Assembly: GCA_029570835.1 (NCBI GenBank)
Contig: JAKPTX010000022.1
Coordinates: 5,056-69,055, forward strand
DNA length: 64,000 nucleotides
Reading direction: 5' to 3'
Source of the DNA: Bacteroidota bacterium
GTDB taxonomy: Bacteria > Bacteroidota > Bacteroidia > Bacteroidales > WCHB1-69
Under the pieces are notes generated by a model that was given only the letters and a program-made list of their open reading frames with translations, was not told where the DNA came from and did not search any database. Below, in pieces: positions 58,237-64,000 of this stretch. The first letter of the stretch is position 1. The number at the start of each line of letters is the position of its first letter. The position numbers and the translations under genes were made by a program.

Positions 58237-59132
58237 TGAGAATTGCACTCTACAGCAGGCCCCATAATTGTAAAGATAACCCCTTTATTACCTCGGTTTT
58301 AAAGTTGTTGTCTCAACATCAGGTTCAACTGATTGCTCATGAAAATTTACAAAATGAGCCTTTTACGAAAGAGTGCCCATTAAAAACTACTCCCTTCTCA
58401 ACTTATGAAGATTTAAAAGCCCTCTCCCCCATCGATTTTATCATCTCTTTTGGGGGAGATGGTTCTTTTATCGATGCAGCCAATCTGGTTGCAGATTTAC
58501 AAATTCCGGTTGTGGGAGTCAATACCGGAAGAATCGGGTTTCTGACAGTGATCACCAAAAAGAACTTCGAAGCCGCGATTGAAGCGCTAATCAATAAAGA
58601 TTATGAGATCGAAGAAAGATCTTTGCTCCATATTGAAGCGGATCAGCAACTCCCGTTTAAAAATCTGTTTGCGGTGAATGATGTAACCATCAGACCTTCA
58701 GATGAGACCTCCATCAACGGTATTCTCGTTTGGGTAAATGGGGTTAAAGTCAACACCTATTGGGCTGACGGACTGATCATTGCAACTCCGACAGGCTCTA
58801 CAGCTTACTCATTGAGTTGCGGCGGTCCCATTATTCATCCTTCCGCTCAGGTTCATGTGATTACCCCGATCTCCTCTCATACTTTGGCGGTTCGTCCCAT
58901 TGTCGTTCAGGATCAGGATCGGATCACCATCCGGGTTCAAAGTCGCTCCAATCGATTCTTATTATCCTTAGACTCAACCCGTTACGAAATCGAGAACCCC
59001 TGCACATTAACCATCACCAAAGAGGCTTTTTCTATTCAGACACCCCGTTTCTTCAGCTCCGATTACTTTTCCGTCATCCGCGAAAAACTCATGTGGGGCA
59101 TCGACCTCCGGAATGTTAATGAAAACGATTAA
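58236..59132 (+). CDS. nadK: NAD+ kinase
   Basis: 298 aa with GGDGSF, NTGRIGFL and TPTGSTAYSLSCGGPI. Its start overlaps the buk stop (ATAATGA). Confidence 0.85.
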   Translation: MRIALYSRPHNCKDNPFITSVLKLLSQHQVQLIAHENLQNEPFTKECPLKTTPFSTYEDLKALSPIDFIISFGGDGSFIDAANLVADLQIPVVGVNTGRIGFLTVITKKNFEAAIEALINKDYEIEERSLLHIEADQQLPFKNLFAVNDVTIRPSDETSINGILVWVNGVKVNTYWADGLIIATPTGSTAYSLSCGGPIIHPSAQVHVITPISSHTLAVRPIVVQDQDRITIRVQSRSNRFLLSLDSTRYEIENPCTLTITKEAFSIQTPRFFSSDYFSVIREKLMWGIDLRNVNEND

Positions 59133-59134
59133 CT

Positions 59135-59162
59135 GAAGGCGGAGGGCGGAAGGCGGAAGGCG
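59135..59162. repeat. Heptanucleotide tandem array (GAAGGCG)x4, second unit GAGGGCG
   Basis: Read directly. It starts 3 nt after the nadK stop codon. Confidence 0.9.
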
Positions 59163-59170
59163 GAAAAAAA

Positions 59171-59192
59171 GTCGAAAGTCGAAAGTCGAAAT
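59171..59192. repeat. Heptanucleotide tandem array (GTCGAAA)x3; left copy of the 19-bp inverted repeat GAAAGTCGAAAGTCGAAAT
   Basis: Read directly. The reverse complement recurs at 59924-59942. Confidence 0.9.
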
Positions 59193-59658
59193 AAATTACG
59201 GATCCGCTTGATTTTCAATTTCTTACTTCTTATTTTTTATTTCTTCTTCTTTTTGAAATTAAAAAAAACAGGGGGCAGGATTTGAGGTGTCTCTTTTGTT
59301 ATTTTAACTCCCCTCCTCTGGAAGAAGGAGGGGTGCCCGAAGGGCGGGGTGGTCTCTGGAAAATTTTCCTTTTTTGATATGGAGTGTTAATTACAAAATT
59401 CAGGATACTCGGGGTGCGACTTCAAGTCGCGCCCCGAGTTGACATACTACCGTGCCTAAGGTTCTAGAAAGCAGCGAAATCTTTCTGTCTTCAAAATAAC
59501 CCCAAAAGGGGAACATTATAATAAATTTGGCCTAAAGGCCGATATCGCGGTGAGCTATTCTTCTCCCCAACCTAAAGGTTGGGGCTATTGATGTGGTTGA
59601 TTATCTGGGTGTTATGATTAAATATTGCATAATTTTAAAATTACACCTTAAAATTTTA

Positions 59659-59681
59659 AACCCCGAAGGGGTGACATTATT
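59659..59681. repeat. 23-bp hairpin-containing direct repeat AACCCCGAAGGGGTGACATTATT (copy 1)
   Basis: Identical to 59713-59735. It contains the stem ACCCC/GGGGT. Confidence 0.9.
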
Positions 59682-59712
59682 ATAGCAAAATGTTGACCCC
59701 AAGAACCAATAG

Positions 59713-59735
59713 AACCCCGAAGGGGTGACATTATT
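59713..59735. repeat. 23-bp hairpin-containing direct repeat AACCCCGAAGGGGTGACATTATT (copy 2)
   Basis: Identical to 59659-59681. A degenerate third copy, AACCCCAAAAGGGGAACATTATA, lies at about 59498-59520. Confidence 0.9.
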
Positions 59736-59740
59736 GTAAA

Positions 59741-59768
59741 TTTAGAATTTAGAGTTTAGAATTTAGAA
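59741..59768. repeat. Heptanucleotide tandem array (TTTAGAA)x4, second unit TTTAGAG
   Basis: Read directly. Confidence 0.9.
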
Positions 59769-59923
59769 TTAACGATTCGTTATCCGTAATTGATCACTCA
59801 CATCCATAAAGGTATCATATTCCAGAGTAGGGAAATGAAATTACAAAAATGCAACACCTTTTCTGCCCCCTAATTATTCTTTTTTCAAAATAAAAAAAAT
59901 AGAAAATTTATAACAATTTATTC

Positions 59924-59942
59924 ATTTCGACTTTCGACTTTC
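59924..59942. repeat. Right copy (inverted) of the 19-bp repeat: ATTTCGACTTTCGACTTTC
   Basis: Perfect 19/19 reverse complement of 59174-59192. It overlaps the stop codon of the BatA-like gene by 2 nt. Confidence 0.9.
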
Positions 59943-61986
59943 AATACTTCGCTTTTCCCCATAAGCGTAAAACCAGCACCTCTGCCAGGAAGAAAAATAG
60001 CGCGAGCATGATAAAATAGCGCCATAAGGCGATTCCGGTTAGCTTGTCGGCGACCGATTTGGTGAGGTCCTTAACCTGAAAATTGAGTATTTCAACCTTG
60101 GCTGTACTGTTTTTGGTGATGTTCTCCAATTCTTTTTTGGAAAAATACTCCAATTGTGATTCCCGGCGATTGAAGTTCATCGCCCAGGTGGACAAGGTGT
60201 CATCCCCAAAGGTCAAATCGTAGAAGCCGGGAGTAGTAATCTGATTGTGGAAACTCACCGCCAGATCATTGCCTCTGTTTTGCTGTTCGGGAATAAACTG
60301 CTCCCCGTTATTTCTTGATTTTAAGGAAACTACCTCATCTCTCTGTGTCTGTTTACGCGGAACCAACACATGCTGATCCTTCCCAATGGTGTAATAAAGC
60401 TGGGGCTGAACCTGACTTTGAATCGCAATATTGTGCAACGGAATAAAAAAGAGCGCATGCTTATGGGCATTCCCAAAAAGATCATTCAAAGCCACAGCTG
60501 AAAGGAAAACCCCACCCGTACCCACAGGGAAATAACTCAACAAAGGCTCTCCATTTTCCAGATTTACAATCGATTCCATAGTTCTTTGAACAGAACCAAA
60601 ACGGTAATATTGGAGGATTGTCGGTTTTTCTATTTGCTCCTCTTCCCTTTCCAGTGCATCTTTATAGTAAGGACTTTCGTAGTTGATTTCTCCCATTTTC
60701 AAAGGTTGTTTTACCAGAGATTCAATGGCAGGCAGTCGTACACTACTTAAAAACTGATTCCAGGATGTGCGATCTAAAGTATCAGGAGGGAAAAGCAAAA
60801 TCTGAGCTCCCCCTTCAAGATATTTCACCAGTTGATCTTGCAAACCACTCGAAAAACTCTCCACTTGATCCAGAATCAACAAAGCGGTTTCCGGGAATAG
60901 AGAGTAATCAATCTGGGCTACGGGCATCACAGTCAGTTGAAAGAGCGAATCTTTTCCGTACAATGCATCAATATATCTGTTGGGCTTCCCCCCGGATATT
61001 GAAATGATAGAACTCTGATCAAAAACAGGATATGTAAAATAGAGACGATCGTCGTAGTTAATGGGGGCATCATTGATCTCCAAATAAGCGGTTTGCGTTC
61101 CCTGTTCGTTAATGGTATAGGAGATTTGTGCATCAGCATAACTTTTCGCCTTGATATCCAGCGCCGTCAACCCTTTTTGTGTTCCGTTAACGTACAGTTT
61201 CAAGGGCAATTTAACTACATCGGTCTCCCCATAGTTTTGCACTCTGACATTGAGCAGCACGTTATAGCCTTTTTTGAAAACCGGAGCTGAAAACCAACAA
61301 GAATCAATCGCTATATTATTGACTTGTGCAGCCGTAATGGGAACCAAAAAATTGGAAGAAAGGGTATCTCGCAGCAATGCTGAAAAGTCAAACTGATTTT
61401 TCTGAAAATCGGAAATATAATAGACAATCTCATTCTTCATTTTGGAGTTAAAAGCTGCATTGTCTTTAAATAGCAAAATTTCTTGCAGCGTTCTGCTTTG
61501 AGGAGTAATTTGAATCTCATCCAATTGGGTCAGAATCTCTTCCTTATTTAAAATATGGGTATGTTGAGGAAGAAAATCGTGCGTAATCAATAAAAACTCA
61601 TCATTATAGGAAAACGCATCTACAATCTTTTTTGCGGCATCTACAGACTCTTTAATCAATGAGCCGGAGGTTGAATTTGCCTCCATCGAGAAAGAGTTAT
61701 CAACAAAAACGGTAATCAAGTTCCCACTCTCACTTTTTTGATTTTTTCTTGGAATATAGGGCTGTGCAAAAGCAAAAACCAAACAGGTTATAGCTAAAAT
61801 ACGCAGTAAAAGTACAATCAACTTTTTTAATTGAGACTCTTTTTTCGTTTTAAGCAGAATATCTTGTAATAGTTTTACATTTGAAAAATATTCAACTTTA
61901 AATCTCCTAAAATTAAAAAGATGGATTGCAATGACTATCAGTATAGTAAAGAGAGCAAACAGAAAATAGGGATAAGTAAATTGCAT
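59941..61986 (-). CDS. BatA-type N-terminal double-transmembrane-domain protein (large periplasmic/vWA-like body, C-terminal TM anchor)
   Basis: 681 aa. The N-terminus MQFTYPYFLFALFTILIVIAIHLFNFRR plus a second TM helix matches the aerotolerance BatA N-terminal pattern. The C-terminus ALWRYFIMLALFFFLAEVLVLRLW is a TM anchor. Confidence 0.55.
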   Translation of the reverse strand: MQFTYPYFLFALFTILIVIAIHLFNFRRFKVEYFSNVKLLQDILLKTKKESQLKKLIVLLLRILAITCLVFAFAQPYIPRKNQKSESGNLITVFVDNSFSMEANSTSGSLIKESVDAAKKIVDAFSYNDEFLLITHDFLPQHTHILNKEEILTQLDEIQITPQSRTLQEILLFKDNAAFNSKMKNEIVYYISDFQKNQFDFSALLRDTLSSNFLVPITAAQVNNIAIDSCWFSAPVFKKGYNVLLNVRVQNYGETDVVKLPLKLYVNGTQKGLTALDIKAKSYADAQISYTINEQGTQTAYLEINDAPINYDDRLYFTYPVFDQSSIISISGGKPNRYIDALYGKDSLFQLTVMPVAQIDYSLFPETALLILDQVESFSSGLQDQLVKYLEGGAQILLFPPDTLDRTSWNQFLSSVRLPAIESLVKQPLKMGEINYESPYYKDALEREEEQIEKPTILQYYRFGSVQRTMESIVNLENGEPLLSYFPVGTGGVFLSAVALNDLFGNAHKHALFFIPLHNIAIQSQVQPQLYYTIGKDQHVLVPRKQTQRDEVVSLKSRNNGEQFIPEQQNRGNDLAVSFHNQITTPGFYDLTFGDDTLSTWAMNFNRRESQLEYFSKKELENITKNSTAKVEILNFQVKDLTKSVADKLTGIALWRYFIMLALFFFLAEVLVLRLWGKAKY

Positions 61987-62002
61987 TGATATTATTTTTT
62001 GG

Positions 62003-62010
62003 CAAAATTA
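62003..62010 (-). promoter_or_regulatory. -7 box (TAATTTTG on minus strand) for the BatA-like gene
   Basis: Plus-strand CAAAATTA, 17 nt upstream of the ATG at 61986. Confidence 0.4.
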
Positions 62011-62023
62011 AAAAAAATATTCT

Positions 62024-62031
62024 TATTTTTG
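62024..62031 (+). promoter_or_regulatory. -7 box TATTTTTG for rnfB-rnfC
   Basis: 21 nt upstream of the ATG at 62052. Confidence 0.45.
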
Positions 62032-62051
62032 CGTTCTAATAGAATTAGTTT

Positions 62052-62930
62052 ATGGATTACAAAATAATTATCATTGCGACCGTAGTATTAGGTATTATCG
62101 GTTTAGTATCTGCTGTCATCTTGTACTATATTGCTAAGAAATTTCGTGTCGAAGAGGATCCTCTTATTGACGAAGTGGCGGAATTGTTGCCGGGAGCCAA
62201 TTGTGGCGGCTGCGGATATCCGGGCTGTAAAGGATTGGCAGAGGCCATCGTGAAAGCGGGCTCATTGGACGGATTGAACTGTCCTGCCGGTGGTTCATCC
62301 ACAATGGATAATATTGCCGGACTGCTCGGTTTATCTGCAGATGCAACAGAACCTAAGATTGCAGTATTGAGGTGCAATGGCACTTGTGAATTGGCACCTG
62401 CTAAATCATTGTATGACTCAGCTTTGAGTTGTGCTTATGCTAACACGTTATTTGCCGGTGAAAGTGGCTGCCAGTACGGATGCCTGGGCTGTGGCGATTG
62501 TGTTACCGTATGTCAATTTGATGCCATTTACATGGATCCGGAAACGAAACTTCCAACTGTTATCGAGGATAAATGTGTCGCTTGTGGTGCTTGTGTAAAA
62601 GCTTGTCCCAGAACATTATTGGAACTTCGCAATAAGGGAAAACGAGGTATGAGAATCTATGTTGCCTGCTCCAATCAGGAAAAAGGAGGAGTAGCCAGAA
62701 AAAATTGTTCTGTTGCCTGTATCGGATGCAGCAAATGTGTTCAGGTATGCCCTCATGATGCCATCACAGTGAATAACTTCCTGGCTTACATTGATTTCAA
62801 TAAGTGTAAACTATGTAGAAAATGTGTGGAGGTATGTCCTACCGGTGCCATTCATGAGGTCAATTTTCCACCTCGTAAACCTAAACAACAGACTGAAGAG
62901 GTTAACAGTTCCAATGAATCACTTGCTTAA
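62052..62930 (+). CDS. rnfB: Rnf electron-transport complex subunit B
   Basis: 292 aa with an N-terminal TM anchor. It has the RnfB Cys cluster GANCGGCGYPGC and several CxxCxxCxxxCP ferredoxin motifs. Confidence 0.85.
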   Translation: MDYKIIIIATVVLGIIGLVSAVILYYIAKKFRVEEDPLIDEVAELLPGANCGGCGYPGCKGLAEAIVKAGSLDGLNCPAGGSSTMDNIAGLLGLSADATEPKIAVLRCNGTCELAPAKSLYDSALSCAYANTLFAGESGCQYGCLGCGDCVTVCQFDAIYMDPETKLPTVIEDKCVACGACVKACPRTLLELRNKGKRGMRIYVACSNQEKGGVARKNCSVACIGCSKCVQVCPHDAITVNNFLAYIDFNKCKLCRKCVEVCPTGAIHEVNFPPRKPKQQTEEVNSSNESLA

Positions 62931-62931
62931 G

Positions 62932-64000
62932 ATGAAACGTATGAAAACATTTAAAATTGGTGGTATTCACCCTGAAGATAACAAGTTGTCTAAAGGAGTT
63001 GAGGTTGAAGTTTTTCCCTTACCCAAACAGGCAACCCTATTTGTGAATCAAAACTTAGGAGCTCCATCTACACCTGTTGTGCAAAAAGGAGATCATGTCA
63101 AAGTGGGACAACTGATTGCCAAAGCGGAAGGATTTATTGGCGCTAACATTCACTCTCCTTATTCCGGAACGGTTACTAAAATAGATCCTGTTGCGGATTT
63201 CATGGGATATAAACGTACAGCCATTGAAATTGCAGTAGAAGGAGATGAGTGGATGGAACATATTGATACAACTCCTGAGCTTAAAAAGGAGATTACACTG
63301 TCCAAAAGTGAGATCATCGATAAAATCAAGGAGTGTGGTATTGTCGGATTGGGAGGCGCTTGTTTCCCCACCCACGTTAAATACATGATCCCTGAAAATA
63401 AAAAGGTGGATTACCTGATTATCAATGCCGTAGAGTGTGAACCTTATATTACTACCGACCACCGGATGATGCTGGAAAAAGCAGAAGAGTGTTTGGTTGG
63501 AATCGAGGCATTACTGATTGCTTCCGGTGCTCCGGTAGCACTGATTGGCATCGAAAATAATAAACCAGATGCAATCGCTCACATCCAGGAACTGATCAAA
63601 GATCATCCTAAAATTCAGGTACATCCTCTCAAAACCAAATATCCACAAGGTGCTGAAAAACAGCTGATTCATGCTTTAACAAACCGAGTTGTTCCCAGTG
63701 GAAAACTACCTATCGAAGTGGGTGTGATTGTAAATAACATCACCACATGTTATGCTATTTATGAAGCTATTCAAAAAAATAAGCCACTGATTGAAACGCA
63801 CCTTACCGTATCAGGTAAAAGTTTGGAAAACAGAAAGAATTTGCGTGTCAGACTGGGTACTCCATTAAGAGAAATACTGGATTATGTCGGAATTCCGGAA
63901 GATACCGGTAAAGTGATTTCCGGTGGTCCTATGATGGGAAAAGCGATTGCTAATCTTGATACTTTTGCAGTAAAAGGGATGTCCAGCATCCTCTTTATGA
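62932..64000 (+). CDS. rnfC: Rnf electron-transport complex subunit C (3' end runs off window)
   Basis: Not in the ORF track because there is no stop in the window. Manual translation gives MKRMKTFKIGGIHPEDNKL, then GIVGLGGACFPTHVKY, then INAVECEPYITTDHR, all RnfC/NqrF-like SLBB and NADH-binding-region signatures. It follows rnfB after 1 nt. Confidence 0.8.
   Translation, partial: MKRMKTFKIGGIHPEDNKLSKGVEVEVFPLPKQATLFVNQNLGAPSTPVVQKGDHVKVGQLIAKAEGFIGANIHSPYSGTVTKIDPVADFMGYKRTAIEIAVEGDEWMEHIDTTPELKKEITLSKSEIIDKIKECGIVGLGGACFPTHVKYMIPENKKVDYLIINAVECEPYITTDHRMMLEKAEECLVGIEALLIASGAPVALIGIENNKPDAIAHIQELIKDHPKIQVHPLKTKYPQGAEKQLIHALTNRVVPSGKLPIEVGVIVNNITTCYAIYEAIQKNKPLIETHLTVSGKSLENRKNLRVRLGTPLREILDYVGIPEDTGKVISGGPMMGKAIANLDTFAVKGMSSILFM

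Noticed and set aside
59659-59735. Possible mini-CRISPR: two identical 23-bp repeats separated by a 31-bp spacer
   Set aside because: There are only two perfect copies; the third is degenerate and 140 bp away. No cas genes or leader are present. The repeat is a simple GC hairpin plus tail, so it is better explained as a REP-like unit.
59133-59940. Chromosomal replication origin (long AT-rich spacer with short tandem repeats that could be a DNA-unwinding element)
   Set aside because: The best DnaA-box-like words (TTATCCGTA at 59780-59788, TGTGGTTGA near 59592) match only 7/9 of TTATCCACA. There is no cluster of boxes, no dnaA/dnaN nearby, and no clear switch in gene orientation at this point.
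1-64000. Mobile genetic elements, prophage, toxin-antitoxin pairs, or multi-gene defence islands
   Set aside because: I found no transposase, integrase, recombinase, phage structural, relaxase or small paired-ORF signature in any frame of the track. Apart from the items listed as findings, gene content and spacing look like core chromosome.

Overview
This 64-kb window comes from a low-GC Bacteroidota chromosome. The evidence is T9SS type-A and type-B C-terminal sorting domains and TAnnTTTG -7 promoter boxes in front of most operon starts. An Rnf complex plus butyrate kinase suggest an anaerobe. I call 41 protein-coding genes, one tRNA-Pro(GGG), two intrinsic terminators, 16 promoter-like boxes and several repeat families. 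Two of the genes run off the window edges and are missing from the ORF track.

Most of the content is housekeeping:
- dapD, hisS, gmd-fcl and atpH-A-G
- holA and a cca-family gene
- kdsA, tsaC, coaD, adk and hpt
- rocD-buk-nadK and rnfB-rnfC
- a GDE/GT4/GH57 glycogen cluster

The accessory-looking content is:
- two adjacent large T9SS cargo genes (2612 aa and 938 aa)
- a tandem pair of LRR/T9SS paralogues with near-identical ends and divergent repeat cores
- a solitary 1287-aa Type IIG restriction-modification gene
- a 1077-aa single-chain fusion of HcnA/HcnB/ferredoxin/HcnC-like redox modules lying divergent to rocD

I found no convincing new multi-gene system. There are no cas genes, no transposase or integrase, and no defence operon beyond the lone RM gene. 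The least explained signal is non-coding. It is an 808-bp ORF-free spacer (59133-59940) with inverted arms, heptanucleotide microsatellites and a cluster of GC-rich hairpins that share a common tail motif.

Functional calls rest on motifs read by eye and on family knowledge; no database search was run. Hand-derived coordinates (RNA, repeats, promoters) may be off by 1-2 nt.
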